The notes: generated from the letters alone by a model not told the origin. 56,238 nt of DNA from a bacterium (GCA_024710535.1 JANJUO010000279.1:1-56238), one strand, 5' to 3'; counted from the first letter of the stretch, positions 24,316-33,650 are shown. Program-made: numbers and translations.

Positions 24316-26664
24316 TCACTCCTGTTTTGACGTGGCGGAATCTGCCATGCTTGGCACGTTGCGACCCTCCTGCGCCTTGGCCAGGCGTGCCTCGATGGCA
24401 GCCAGGCGCTCATTGCTGGCGGCCTGGATCTCGGCCACACGTTCGCGGCTGGCGGCATCGATGCGTGCAACCTCCAGACGCACGTCGGCGTCCTTGTTGA
24501 GCTTGAGGGTATCGTTGGCCAGTTGGCTTTGCGCCTTGGCAAGATCGGCGCTCAGACGCTCGATCTCGGCAGACGTGGCGGCCATGGTCTGCATGTCCAT
24601 GCCCTGGGGACTGCCGGCTGCAGCGGCGTCGGCCTCCAGCTTGGCGGCCCGTGCGTTGATCTCTCGCACCTTGGCCTTTTGTTCCTCCAGGGCGGTCATC
24701 GCCTGTTCGCGCTGCATTTGCAGGGCTTCGGCCTGCATGGCGGCCTGCTGATCTAGCTGTTCCTGCTCCTCGGGTGTCACGGGCTTGTTCGGGTCGCGTT
24801 CGCCGGTCAGCTTGCGGAACTGTTCGGCAATCTCGTCCTTGTTGGGAAGATCCGAGAACTCGAAGGCCATGGTCATCAGCTTCAGCGCCACATCAGGCGG
24901 CAGTCGGCCGGCGATGTTGTTGAGGCTGTCGAACATCACCTGGCGCAAGGTGCCGGCGTAGTCCTGCTCCGACACAATGAAGTCGGCCATGCTGGCCGTG
25001 ATGTCGTTGAGGAACCTCACCGATCCATCGGCCGCGGCCTCTGGCTGGTTGACCTTGACCCACTCCAGCGCGCCCTTGTGACCAACCAGGCGGATCACCT
25101 TTGGGGTCGTGTAGAACTGCTCGGTCAGGGAGACTTGCTTTTGCCCCTGAACCTGGGTGGCCAGGCGCAGATTGTCGAAAGGCTCCGTCGTGACGACGCT
25201 ACCCTGAATCTGGCGGGCCTTGATGGCTTCGCCGCTGACCGCGTTGGTCTGGCGCCCCAGGTTCTCGTCGGCCACGCCGGCTGACTTCTGGATGGACTGC
25301 GCATCCAGGCTCATCATCGAGATCTGGCCTGTTGCGCCGTCTGTGTCGCGCCGAATCAGGAACTCGCGGCCGGGCTTCTTGATGATCACCCCATCGGGAC
25401 GGTCGGCCTCATCGCGGGCCACATCCCAATCCTCGACGGCGCCCTCGTCGGCAATGATCTGGTTGGAGTTGAGCAAGAACAGCGCCTTGGATGCGCGCTT
25501 GTTCAGATCCTGCTGCACGTCCCGCACGCGGCGGATTGCGCCATAGGGCAAGCGATCGCGGCCCCGGCGGTAGCACCACACAGGTGTCAGGCTGAAGTCG
25601 TTGTGCCGATAGATGCTCGGCCCGAAGTGCAGCATGTCCGTCTCGGTGAAGACGGCAATGTGCATGCGCATCATGAGCTTGTCGACCAGCTTGGAGCCGC
25701 TGGCCACCACGTTCTGCACCATCACCTGGTCGCGCTCGTCGAAAACCAGGCCTTGCATCGGCCCTGAGTCCACCACCTTGACGTTGGTCGGGATGCGGTA
25801 CTGAGCCTCGATCAGCCGGACCTTACGGCGCTTGGCGTCGACCATCATCCCGGATCCGTGGGCGTAGATCACGCCAGATCGGTTTTGCCCACCGAAGGGG
25901 TCGATGGAGTCGTACCAAGATTCCTCCTCGAACGCGCCGCCGGTGCGCTGGGACGCCTCCTCGACGGCCGCGCGGATGCGGTTGGCCCGATCCGGGAACA
26001 TCATCACGGCGATGTCTTCATCCACCCAGCGCCAGCGGAACAGGTAGCGGCAGTCGCTCAGATCGGGCTCGTAGGCGTCGCTGTCCCAAAGGACATTGCG
26101 CCAGTCCTGGTACATCGAGTACAGCACGTCCTTGGTCGGGTCATCCCGCGCGCCGTCATCGAGCCAGCCCACACCGCCCTTGATGGCATCGGCAAAGGCC
26201 CGGGACCGGGCAAACACCGTTCGGTTGATGTCGCTGACGTACTTCAGCACCTTGGTTTTGATGTCCGCGAGATCGACGTCATCCTCGGTGCGCGGCAACA
26301 CCTTCCAATCGACGCGCGTGCGGCGCTCGGTACCGATGAGCCAGTCGCACATCGGGGCGACTTCGTTGTAGACCAGAGGCATCTGGCCGCGGTCGCGGAC
26401 CGCCTGGGCATCCTCGGGATCCCACTGGAGGTTGTCGTAGAAGTCGTGATCGATGGACATTTCCAGGCGGTTGGCGGCCTGCTTGTCCTTCTCGTAGTAG
26501 AACCACTCCAGCAGGCGGCGCAGTTCGTTTCGCGCCTCCTGCCCGTCCATGGGGTGCGCGCTGACCGTCGCCAACTCATTGCGGCGGGTGTCATCGGCGT
26601 GCGAGTCGAAATACTGGTCGCCGGGCGCACGGCCCCGCTTGACCGTGACATCCAGCTCATTCAT
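24316..26664 (-). CDS. Portal protein (782 aa)
   Basis: The call rests on size, position between TerL and scaffold, and SD AAGGAAGG. The coiled-coil C-terminus is typical of podophage portals. Confidence 0.75.
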   Translation of the reverse strand: MNELDVTVKRGRAPGDQYFDSHADDTRRNELATVSAHPMDGQEARNELRRLLEWFYYEKDKQAANRLEMSIDHDFYDNLQWDPEDAQAVRDRGQMPLVYNEVAPMCDWLIGTERRTRVDWKVLPRTEDDVDLADIKTKVLKYVSDINRTVFARSRAFADAIKGGVGWLDDGARDDPTKDVLYSMYQDWRNVLWDSDAYEPDLSDCRYLFRWRWVDEDIAVMMFPDRANRIRAAVEEASQRTGGAFEEESWYDSIDPFGGQNRSGVIYAHGSGMMVDAKRRKVRLIEAQYRIPTNVKVVDSGPMQGLVFDERDQVMVQNVVASGSKLVDKLMMRMHIAVFTETDMLHFGPSIYRHNDFSLTPVWCYRRGRDRLPYGAIRRVRDVQQDLNKRASKALFLLNSNQIIADEGAVEDWDVARDEADRPDGVIIKKPGREFLIRRDTDGATGQISMMSLDAQSIQKSAGVADENLGRQTNAVSGEAIKARQIQGSVVTTEPFDNLRLATQVQGQKQVSLTEQFYTTPKVIRLVGHKGALEWVKVNQPEAAADGSVRFLNDITASMADFIVSEQDYAGTLRQVMFDSLNNIAGRLPPDVALKLMTMAFEFSDLPNKDEIAEQFRKLTGERDPNKPVTPEEQEQLDQQAAMQAEALQMQREQAMTALEEQKAKVREINARAAKLEADAAAAGSPQGMDMQTMAATSAEIERLSADLAKAQSQLANDTLKLNKDADVRLEVARIDAASRERVAEIQAASNERLAAIEARLAKAQEGRNVPSMADSATSKQE

Positions 26665-27073
26665 AGGTCACGCCTTCCTTCTCGACTCGGATGTCTTCGC
26701 CCGCGATGACCTTGCCGCCCTCCTTGAGGATCATCTGCCCGACCGAGCCCTTCAGGTACTCGGGCAGCGGTGCGGCTGGCATGCGGATCAGATCGGGCAA
26801 CCCCTCGTGGATGATCTTGGCGATCCGGAACCAGTTGGGCCGGCTGGGCTCCATGCCCAGCACGACGCAGGCCTTCATGCTGCGCGCCTGCAGCTCGATC
26901 GGGTTGTCGTACTCGAACGCGGCCGACTCCATGATGATGAACCAGGGTGCACCAGGCCGATTGGCCGGGATGAGCACCAGGGCGCGTTCGTCATTGACCC
27001 ACGTGTAGACGGCGTACAGGTCACCGTGTTTGCGGGTCAGGTGGGCTTTGCGGGTGTCGATGGTGGCGGGCAT
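26657..27073 (-). CDS. Hypothetical protein (138 aa)
   Basis: Protein-like ORF between a DUF1367-like gene and the portal gene. Confidence 0.6.
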   Translation of the reverse strand: MPATIDTRKAHLTRKHGDLYAVYTWVNDERALVLIPANRPGAPWFIIMESAAFEYDNPIELQARSMKACVVLGMEPSRPNWFRIAKIIHEGLPDLIRMPAAPLPEYLKGSVGQMILKEGGKVIAGEDIRVEKEGVTYE

Positions 27074-27135
27074 AGTGCCCGGAAGTTGCCATGCTCAGTA
27101 CGAGTTTGTTTTCGATCACTGACGGTTGTTGTCAT

Positions 27136-27657
27136 TTACTCCCGGAACCTGGCCAGGATCTCCTCGATCATGTCAATCCGCTGGGGCTGGGTCAGGTGCT
27201 TCCAGAGCGTGCGCCCGGCATGCTCGCTGCGCAGGAACTCGACCGCATCGGTGTGGAACTGCTCCATTTCGGCCTGCTCCAGCTTTGCGTAGCTGATCGA
27301 CTTGGGCACCGGGAACACGCCGCCTTTGGGCCCTGGGTACCAATCGCAGAACGCGGCGCCGACCTTGAGCCAGTCACGAAAGGCCTTGAAGTTGTCGAAT
27401 CGGTCTTGGCTCTCGAACACGGCCGCTTCGAGCGCCATGTGCTTGCGGTGGAACCATCCGAGGCGTTCCTGGTGGGTCTTGATCTCGACCATTTCCCCCG
27501 GCTCCAGGCGCATCAGGCCATTCCACAAGCGGCGCCACTGCCGTTTCCCGCGTTCGCCCAAACCATCGACGATGCCGAACATCACCCGGCGTGCCGCTGC
27601 TTTCTCGGCATCGGTCAGCTCGGCATCGTGCTGACGCACCAGGATGATCTCGGCCAT
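27136..27657 (-). CDS. Hypothetical protein (173 aa), DUF1367-like
   Basis: ATG 27657 lies 2 nt after the TerL stop. The family assignment comes from recollection of sequence patterns and is weak. Confidence 0.55.
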   Translation of the reverse strand: MAEIILVRQHDAELTDAEKAAARRVMFGIVDGLGERGKRQWRRLWNGLMRLEPGEMVEIKTHQERLGWFHRKHMALEAAVFESQDRFDNFKAFRDWLKVGAAFCDWYPGPKGGVFPVPKSISYAKLEQAEMEQFHTDAVEFLRSEHAGRTLWKHLTQPQRIDMIEEILARFRE

Positions 27658-27659
27658 GG

Positions 27660-29036
27660 TCAGACCGCCATGCCAGATCGACGACGGCGCCAGCCTTCAC
27701 CACCGTCCTTGCGCACACTGCCACCAGCTCGGAAATGATCCTCGGCAACGACTGCCATCAGACCGAAGCCATCGGCCCCGTGCGAAGCCCAATCGTGCTC
27801 CGGGCCCAGGCCTATGTCGCGCTCCTCATCCCACTTCTCGTGATACCACTCCAGCGCGTCCATGCCCTCGTTGGTCGTCGGCTCGAACTCCCGGCCATCC
27901 TCCTCGGAGATCTCTGTTTTGTCCTCCAGGTTGATCCAGACGGACGGGAAGATGCGCCGGGCGGCGTTGATCCGTGCAATCGCCGCTCCCCTGCCCTGGT
28001 TGGGCACCACCGTGACGCTGTAGCCGGCAGCCGTGAATGCCGACTGGTAGCTCACGTCGTACACCTTGTCGTGCGTGGCCCCGTCGTGCGGCAGGAAGAT
28101 CTCGGTGTTCTCGGGCAGGTAGCCCTTGCGGCGCATCCACTCCAGGTGGTGGCTCACCTCCTGGCCGACCTGCTCGTAGTAGTTGAGCACCCGCACCTCT
28201 CGGCCGACGAACTGCGCGCCCCACATCACAAAGGCATCGGAGTTTCGCCCGGTACCGCCGATGTCGGCAAACAGACGGCGCTTCATCAGCGGGTCAGGCC
28301 CGACGCGACAATGCCGACGCTCTCGCTTGAGTGCGGCCAGTTGCTTGGTGAAGTACGCGCCCTTGTGGGCTTCCAGGTAACCGCCCTCCCACACGTGATC
28401 GTAGGATTCCGGGTTGGTGCGCATCCACTTGAGGCGCTGGCGGTTCAGGATCTCCGGGAACCAGGGGTTGTCGCGCCAGTTCATGGTCACGACCTTCGCC
28501 CGCGGATCCTTGGTGTGCCAGAACCTGCGCTCGGTCGCCCCGTTCTTGCGCGCCGGGTTCCAGGTCACCCACAGTTCCGAGTCCTCCTGGCGCAGCGTCG
28601 GGATCACGATGTCCCAGGCCTTGTCGGTGATCGGCTCGGCCTCATCTGCCCACAGCAGCAGGATCTTGGCCTTGGACTTGAGCGAGTTGATCGTCTTCTT
28701 GTCCATGCCGCTGAACTTGTACCGGATGCGGCCGGACTTGGTGCGGATGAACTTCTCGCCGATCTCGAAGTGCGGCAGCAGCAGCTCGGGCTCGGACTCG
28801 ATGGCGGCCTTGACCTCGGCCAGCGATGAATCGTCGATCGAGTTCAGGAATTCCCGGCCGCAGACGATGACGCCCTCCCGCCCAGCCTGGTCCCACATCA
28901 GGGCCCGGACGGCGGTCATCTTGGCAAACGTCATGGTCTTGGCCGAACCGCGGCCACCCCGGGCGCCGCGCACGTCGGCCTCACCGGTGAACACGTCCAC
29001 CAGGATCTCGGGGATCTTGATCTGTGCAGTCGTCAC
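27660..29036 (-). CDS. terL: Terminase large subunit
   Basis: Walker A GARGGRGSAKT; nuclease-half motifs (ADIGGTG..., HDWASHGADGF). GTG 29036 overlaps the upstream TGA (GTGA). The track extension to 29114 is junk-like. Confidence 0.85.
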   Translation of the reverse strand: MTTAQIKIPEILVDVFTGEADVRGARGGRGSAKTMTFAKMTAVRALMWDQAGREGVIVCGREFLNSIDDSSLAEVKAAIESEPELLLPHFEIGEKFIRTKSGRIRYKFSGMDKKTINSLKSKAKILLLWADEAEPITDKAWDIVIPTLRQEDSELWVTWNPARKNGATERRFWHTKDPRAKVVTMNWRDNPWFPEILNRQRLKWMRTNPESYDHVWEGGYLEAHKGAYFTKQLAALKRERRHCRVGPDPLMKRRLFADIGGTGRNSDAFVMWGAQFVGREVRVLNYYEQVGQEVSHHLEWMRRKGYLPENTEIFLPHDGATHDKVYDVSYQSAFTAAGYSVTVVPNQGRGAAIARINAARRIFPSVWINLEDKTEISEEDGREFEPTTNEGMDALEWYHEKWDEERDIGLGPEHDWASHGADGFGLMAVVAEDHFRAGGSVRKDGGEGWRRRRSGMAV

Positions 29037-29212
29037 GGCAGCTTGTACTTGTCTCGGCAAGGCGCGCAGGCACCATTGATCAGACGCCCGGACCACTCCC
29101 CGCACAGGTCGCACTCTCCGGGTTGTCCCTCTTGGATGGGCTTTGCAGCCTGGCGCAGCGCCTCGGCCAGGCCGCGCTCCACCTCGTCGTTTGCGCGATC
29201 GACTTCATCCAT
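29033..29212 (-). CDS. TraR/DksA-type C4 zinc-finger protein (59 aa)
   Basis: CDLCGEWSGRLINGACAPC at the C-terminus. ATG 29212 overlaps the upstream gene end. Confidence 0.65.
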   Translation of the reverse strand: MDEVDRANDEVERGLAEALRQAAKPIQEGQPGECDLCGEWSGRLINGACAPCRDKYKLP

Positions 29213-29729
29213 TGGGCTGGCTCTCCAGGTTGTTGGGGATCGCTTCATCTGTTGCGACGTGAGCAACAATCTCCTTCGCCAACAAGATCATTCCAGCCCT
29301 GATTGCAACAGGAACACGACCGTTCAGCCGCTTGCGCTGCCAATGCAATGCAAGTTCCGCCATGTCATCAAGCGAGTCGTTAACGGGGTCGGCCACGGGT
29401 GCCGGTGGGCCGATCTCAAATGCGTGTGGTGATTGGTCGCTCATGTGCTTGACTCCAGTCCTCAGTGGGTGATCGACGGGCAGCTTCAGGCGTCCGCACT
29501 CTGGCGTCCTGCACACACCACCAACTTCACAACATGGACATGGATCATCTGTCAGCGGCTGCTGTGCTTCCATCAGCCATGTCTCATTGCAGTGCGGACA
29601 GGTCTGCGGAACGAACCCAACCGGCACGGCCTGCGCTTCGTCAGCTTCGAGTGTGGTCATGGACTTCTCCATCTGGCGGTGCTCGCGCTCGTAGCGCTCC
29701 TGCAGCGTCTCGTCGTGGTTCGTGGGCAT
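29205..29729 (-). CDS. Cys-rich hypothetical protein (174 aa)
   Basis: ATG 29729 lies 1 nt after the TerS stop. Cys clusters CPHC...CPCC...C..PEC are present. Confidence 0.6.
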   Translation of the reverse strand: MPTNHDETLQERYEREHRQMEKSMTTLEADEAQAVPVGFVPQTCPHCNETWLMEAQQPLTDDPCPCCEVGGVCRTPECGRLKLPVDHPLRTGVKHMSDQSPHAFEIGPPAPVADPVNDSLDDMAELALHWQRKRLNGRVPVAIRAGMILLAKEIVAHVATDEAIPNNLESQPNG

Positions 29730-29730
29730 G

Positions 29731-30258
29731 TCAGTTCTCCTGTTGCTTCTTCGGACGCACGCCCACCAGCTCGATCCGGTTGATCGTCGGGGGCTTCTGG
29801 TTGTTGTCGGCCTCATAGAGCCCCAGGTGCTTCATCGCCTTCTCCAAGGCGGTGTTCTTGTCCCAGAACTTGTATTCGATGCGGCCGTACTCATCGATCT
29901 TGAAACTGGCCACCGCGGCGCGCGTCACCGGGTCCAGCTCGTGGGGCAGCTTGACCTTGCCGTCGCTGGTCATGATCCCGGCGATGTCGGAGTGAGCAAG
30001 GCGGCGCACTTCTTCGAGAACCTTGGAGGCCTCAAGGCCGGCTTTCTCGGCTCCGATGGCCTGAATAGCCTTGATGCGTAGCGAAATGTTAGTGAGTGCT
30101 ATCATCTTGCTCGCGTTCACCCGTACCGCTTCGTCTTTCCAGTCCTTGGATTTGGGGTAGGCCTGGCGGTAGGCGTCGACACCTGGCGTTCCTCCCCCGA
30201 CGAGCTGGGCGAACTTCTCTTGCTGCGGCGTCAGGCCGTGTTCGTTCTTGGCGCTCAT
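29731..30258 (-). CDS. terS: Terminase small subunit (P27/Terminase_2-like)
   Basis: N-terminal LTPQQEKFAQLVGGG...AYRQAYP pattern. SD GGAGGAA. TGATG overlap. Lies upstream of TerL. Confidence 0.7.
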   Translation of the reverse strand: MSAKNEHGLTPQQEKFAQLVGGGTPGVDAYRQAYPKSKDWKDEAVRVNASKMIALTNISLRIKAIQAIGAEKAGLEASKVLEEVRRLAHSDIAGIMTSDGKVKLPHELDPVTRAAVASFKIDEYGRIEYKFWDKNTALEKAMKHLGLYEADNNQKPPTINRIELVGVRPKKQQEN

Positions 30259-30632
30259 CAGTTTCCTCCCGCTCCACGCGACAAAGCATCAACCAGAGCC
30301 TTTGACAGCTCGCGAACTGTGCGCTCGTATTGATTGATACTGCCCCGCTGGCCTGGAAGCCACGAGGGACGCAGCAGCATGGCCAATACCTCGTCTCTGG
30401 TGGTGATAATCCAACTGCGAGCCGAGCCAAGGCGAATGGGGGTGAACTCAAGAGTGACAGCGCGCGCTGTAATGGACTGGATCTGAACAGACTCAGATGT
30501 GGGCTCAAGTAGCACGGGGTTGATCACTTCAACCTGAACATGCGCCCGGCGCTCCGCGAGTTCCAACGCCCACAGTGGCAGATCGATGATGGTGATGGGC
30601 TCCATGTCCCGGGTGTAAATGACGACGTTCAC
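30258..30632 (-). CDS. Hypothetical protein (124 aa)
   Basis: GTG 30632 overlaps the upstream TGA (GTGA), 9 nt after GGAGG. Confidence 0.55.
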   Translation of the reverse strand: MNVVIYTRDMEPITIIDLPLWALELAERRAHVQVEVINPVLLEPTSESVQIQSITARAVTLEFTPIRLGSARSWIITTRDEVLAMLLRPSWLPGQRGSINQYERTVRELSKALVDALSRGAGGN

Positions 30633-31084
30633 GATCGAACCTCCTGGATCTCGATGCCGTGGCGGAACAGCATCAGCTTGCGTTTCAGACGGAATTCCGG
30701 AGTGACTGCACCCTTGACGTCCTCGACGATCTGCTTGCCGGTCTTGTCCAGGTACACAAAGTCAGCCAGATAGACGGTGGGCCGCTCGATGCCGCCGCGG
30801 GGCTTTGGCGTGGCCGGGATCAGCTCGAACGGAACCTGGCGCTGCAGATCGCGGATCTCGCCGGTCTTGGCCAACATGCACAGGTACACCCAGCGCTTGT
30901 GCTCGGCCTTGCTGTCGAAGGTGATGCCCTGGTCGGTCACCTTCTGGTTGCCGTACTTCTGGCCGCGGCGCTGGCGCTTTTCCGCGGGGTTGTCACGCAG
31001 CGTGGTCAAGCTGGGTCGGGCGGCTGCCCTGGCCTGCAGGTTGCGCAGCTCCTCGACGGTCATGCGCTGGGCAGTTGCGGCCAT
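30629..31084 (-). CDS. DUF1064-type putative endonuclease/resolvase
   Basis: KYGNQKVT..GITFDSKAEHKRW..L ... YLADFVY ... EDVKG pattern, which is PD-(D/E)xK-like. Confidence 0.6.
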   Translation of the reverse strand: MAATAQRMTVEELRNLQARAAARPSLTTLRDNPAEKRQRRGQKYGNQKVTDQGITFDSKAEHKRWVYLCMLAKTGEIRDLQRQVPFELIPATPKPRGGIERPTVYLADFVYLDKTGKQIVEDVKGAVTPEFRLKRKLMLFRHGIEIQEVRS

Positions 31085-31380
31085 GTGGCACCCTCCTCTT
31101 GGGTGGTGGTGTCCTCGGGGTGCAGGATGTCGTCAGCAGCGAAGCCGTGGAACTTTCGGGCGGCGTGCCGCCTGGCGCTGTGGATCGTTCCGGAGTACCC
31201 GTCACCAGCTCCGCTGGTGCATGGCTCACCGACCAATGCGCCGCAATGCGGACAGCCGACGAAGGCAACCGGCTTTTCGGTGCGCACGTAGCGTCCGCGC
31301 TCGTTGGGCACGGCCACAAAGATGAACTGCGCCTTGCGGTCCTCCCATGCGGTGAGGTGGATCTTCGGTGTGACGGTCAT
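31060..31380 (-). CDS. Hypothetical zinc-finger-like protein (106 aa)
   Basis: CPHCG...C motif. ATGA overlap with the upstream stop. Confidence 0.55.
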   Translation of the reverse strand: MTVTPKIHLTAWEDRKAQFIFVAVPNERGRYVRTEKPVAFVGCPHCGALVGEPCTSGAGDGYSGTIHSARRHAARKFHGFAADDILHPEDTTTQEEGATWPQLPSA

Positions 31381-31613
31381 GACAGGTCAGCGTCCTCGAA
31401 CAGGTCGCGGGTCTTTGCGTCGCGATAGGCCCGGCTGGTCGTTGCGTGGGGCCCTGACGCGGGTCGGACAGCGCCGCGGCTTTCACGAATGGCGTCGCCC
31501 AGGTTGTGGCGCTTGGCGCAGGTCGGCCCCACCGGGTGATTGCCGATGTAGGCGGCCGGCTTGAAGGTGACGCGCGAACAGAACGCGCAGCGAATGAGCG
31601 GCGACTGGTTCAC
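31377..31613 (-). CDS. Hypothetical Cys-containing protein (78 aa)
   Basis: GTG 31613 overlaps the upstream TGA (GTGA). The protein-like part starts VNQSPLIRCAFCSRV...; the upstream part of the track ORF is junk-like. Confidence 0.45.
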   Translation of the reverse strand: MNQSPLIRCAFCSRVTFKPAAYIGNHPVGPTCAKRHNLGDAIRESRGAVRPASGPHATTSRAYRDAKTRDLFEDADLS

Positions 31614-31816
31614 GCGATGTGCCCCTGTGCGCGCAGCTTTCGCTCTCTGTGCCCGGACGTGACAGCATCCGCCGGCCGGTGCTTGTCGCAGGTCCAGTGC
31701 GGAGGGCGATAGGTTCCCCGCGGCTCGTGCAGGCACCAGCCAAACCCCAGGTCGGCCATACGGGTTTTGCCGATCTCGCGCTTCTCGGCAGATCCGTCCC
31801 AGCTCTTGCAGGTCAT
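31610..31816 (-). CDS. Hypothetical Cys-rich protein (68 aa)
   Basis: ATG 31816 lies 8 nt after GGAG. MTCKSWDGSAEKREIGKTRMADLGFGWCLHEP... Confidence 0.5.
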   Translation of the reverse strand: MTCKSWDGSAEKREIGKTRMADLGFGWCLHEPRGTYRPPHWTCDKHRPADAVTSGHRERKLRAQGHIA

Positions 31817-31838
31817 GCAGCATGCTCCGCTCACGACG

Positions 31839-32333
31839 TCAGGCTGCGGCCCGCATCGGTGCGGCCTCGGTGGTCAGGCCCAGGGCCTGGCGGGCAAAGT
31901 GCAGCGTGAGCGGCTTGACCTTGTATCCCGCCTCGTGGGCTGCGATGTGTCGCTTGGCCCAAGCCTTGGGGTCATGGCCACCCAACATCACCGGCATGCG
32001 CTTGTCCCTGGGCACGTGCCCCAGCTTGGCCAGCTCGGCGCGCAGTCGCTCTGGGTTGGCCGGTGGCGCGGGCAGTGGCGGTGGCTCGGGCATCTTCATC
32101 TGCAGGCACAGGTTGCGAAACTGCACGGCGTTGGGCGCACGATCGGGCAGGTTGTCCAGAGCGGCGGCGATGCGGCGCAGGCCTGCGGCGGTCCCCAAGC
32201 TGGACAGCTCGTGGCACCAGGCGGTTTTCACGCTGCCCGGGTCGACGTCGGCGTACAGGTCGAGGAACTGTCGGCCGTAGGTCGCGGTCAGGCGCTCAAA
32301 GATCCGGTCAATGGCTGGCAATGGCAGGGACAT
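31839..32333 (-). CDS. Lambda P-like replication (helicase-loader) protein
   Basis: IDRIFERLTATYGRQF...VKTAW...LP...APNAVQFRNLC parallels the lambda P N-terminal region. Lies downstream of the initiator gene. Confidence 0.5.
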   Translation of the reverse strand: MSLPLPAIDRIFERLTATYGRQFLDLYADVDPGSVKTAWCHELSSLGTAAGLRRIAAALDNLPDRAPNAVQFRNLCLQMKMPEPPPLPAPPANPERLRAELAKLGHVPRDKRMPVMLGGHDPKAWAKRHIAAHEAGYKVKPLTLHFARQALGLTTEAAPMRAAA

Positions 32334-33300
32334 GCGGCGTCTCCAGGTCGATGGTTACAGGGGTTGGCGCAGTGCCGGGGCGCCGCTTGGCGACACCCGG
32401 GGCCAAGCCCTCGGCCGTTTCGCGCATCTTTCGGGCGTGGGCGCTTTCCGGCGGGCCAGGGGGCATCGCGGCGGTGGGCAGTGGGCCGTGGTGGATCTGC
32501 CCAGCCAGAGTTGCTGCGCGTTGGCGCTCGTTGGTCACGATGGTCAGCGCGTAGGCAAAGCCTGCCCGCTTCTTGACCGCGGCATTGGCGGCAGCGGTGA
32601 ACTCGGCATCTGTCGCGCCAGCGTCGATCAGCACCCGCAGCGTTGGGTGAGCGGGATTGACGCCGGTCAGTCCGGTGGACTTCATCAGCCTGCAGATGCG
32701 TCCCGCGTCTGTCCCATGGGACACGACCGGATCCTCACCCGCGCGAGGTGGTGGATTACTACTATCTAAACCGGTTCCGGTTCCGGTTCCGGTTCCGGTA
32801 GCGTCACTCCCACCGGATTCCCGCGTCTGTCCCTCGTCTGTCCCATGGGACATTCCCATGTCTGTCCCTTGGGACATTCGCGCCTCAGCGTTGGCTTCCG
32901 CCAGCTTCCGCTCGGCTTCCATCCGGGCGCGATAGTCGGCCTTGCGCTGGCGTTCGGCGTCCTTCCTGCCCAGCATGTCCAGCACGCGCTGGGTGATGGT
33001 CGGGTGGTAAAGGCGGCCGTCATCAGCAAGCCACCAGCCGCGCAGCAGAACGCGCTTGCAGCGCGCGAAAACGTCATGGTCAATACCCAGGCGTGCAATG
33101 ATCAATTCGTCGTCGCCTGGCATGGATCCGCATGGCACTTGCTGCCAGGCAGTCGTCCACAGCATCAGCAGCCACGGGCGCACGTCCGGCTTGGCCAGCG
33201 CCCAGGTATCGGACTGCATGACCTGTTCCAGATCCAGTTCAAATCGCCATCCCTTGGCCCTGGTGGTCGCCGGGTATGGTGCGGGTCTTGGTTCAGTCAC
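32308..33300 (-). CDS. Replication initiator-like protein (DUF1376/YdaU N-terminal domain) containing the putative origin
   Basis: GTG 33300 (GTGA overlap, SD GGAGGG). DUF1376-like N-terminus (WRFELDLEQVMQSDTWALA...WLLMLWTTAWQQVPCGSMP.DDELIA). Iterons lie inside the gene, as in lambda O. Confidence 0.65.
   Translation of the reverse strand: MTEPRPAPYPATTRAKGWRFELDLEQVMQSDTWALAKPDVRPWLLMLWTTAWQQVPCGSMPGDDELIIARLGIDHDVFARCKRVLLRGWWLADDGRLYHPTITQRVLDMLGRKDAERQRKADYRARMEAERKLAEANAEARMSQGTDMGMSHGTDEGQTRESGGSDATGTGTGTGTGLDSSNPPPRAGEDPVVSHGTDAGRICRLMKSTGLTGVNPAHPTLRVLIDAGATDAEFTAAANAAVKKRAGFAYALTIVTNERQRAATLAGQIHHGPLPTAAMPPGPPESAHARKMRETAEGLAPGVAKRRPGTAPTPVTIDLETPHVPAIASH
32710..32876. repeat. Iteron cluster / putative origin of replication
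   Basis: The 14-bp palindrome TGTCCCATGGGACA occurs at 32710-32723 and 32839-32852. A variant TGTCCCTTGGGACA lies at 32863-32876 and a half-site GTCTGTCCC at 32825-32833. An AT-richer patch (ggattactactatctaaa) and a hexamer repeat lie between them. Confidence 0.55.
32771..32800. repeat. Tandem hexamer (CCGGTT)x4 plus CCGGTA
   Basis: Read directly from the sequence. It encodes (Thr-Gly)5 in the initiator protein. Confidence 0.9.
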
Positions 33301-33650
33301 GCAGCCCTCCGCAGCCGATACACCTGCTTCGGTGCACCGTTGGATGAGGCTGCCGGGCGAGTCTTGCCCTCGACGGGCTCGATCAGCATGCGGCGCTTGC
33401 AGCCGGACGTGACGGCGCCCCAGGCGCGCAGCTCGGACGGCTCCGGAATGGTAGGAGCGACAACGGCGCGGGCTTCCTCGATGGTGAAGTCCCGGGGATA
33501 GGTGCGCATGGCGAAGGCGTGCACAGCGTCAATGGCCAGATCGACCCAGCCGGGGTTCTCGCTGTCGGCGTGGCGTGCAGCGCTGGTCATGCCTGCTTGG
33601 CGACGGTTGGCGGCGCGTGAAAGGTCAAAGGCGAGCTCGGTCTGCTGCAT
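33297..33650 (-). CDS. Hypothetical protein (117 aa)
   Basis: ATG 33650 follows AAAGGAA. MQQTELAFDLSRAANRRQAG... Confidence 0.55.
   Translation of the reverse strand: MQQTELAFDLSRAANRRQAGMTSAARHADSENPGWVDLAIDAVHAFAMRTYPRDFTIEEARAVVAPTIPEPSELRAWGAVTSGCKRRMLIEPVEGKTRPAASSNGAPKQVYRLRRAA

Noticed and set aside
27660-29114. The longer track versions of several ORFs taken as true starts, for example TerL from 29114, 7514..9073, 23130..24149, 16307..16750 and 36457..37518.
   Set aside because: The upstream extensions overlap the preceding genes and translate to R/P-rich junk. Internal starts with SD sequences or stop/start overlaps fit better.
32771-32800. The short tandem repeat as a CRISPR-like or minisatellite element.
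   Set aside because: It is five contiguous 6-bp units with no spacers, lying in frame inside the initiator gene and encoding Thr-Gly repeats.
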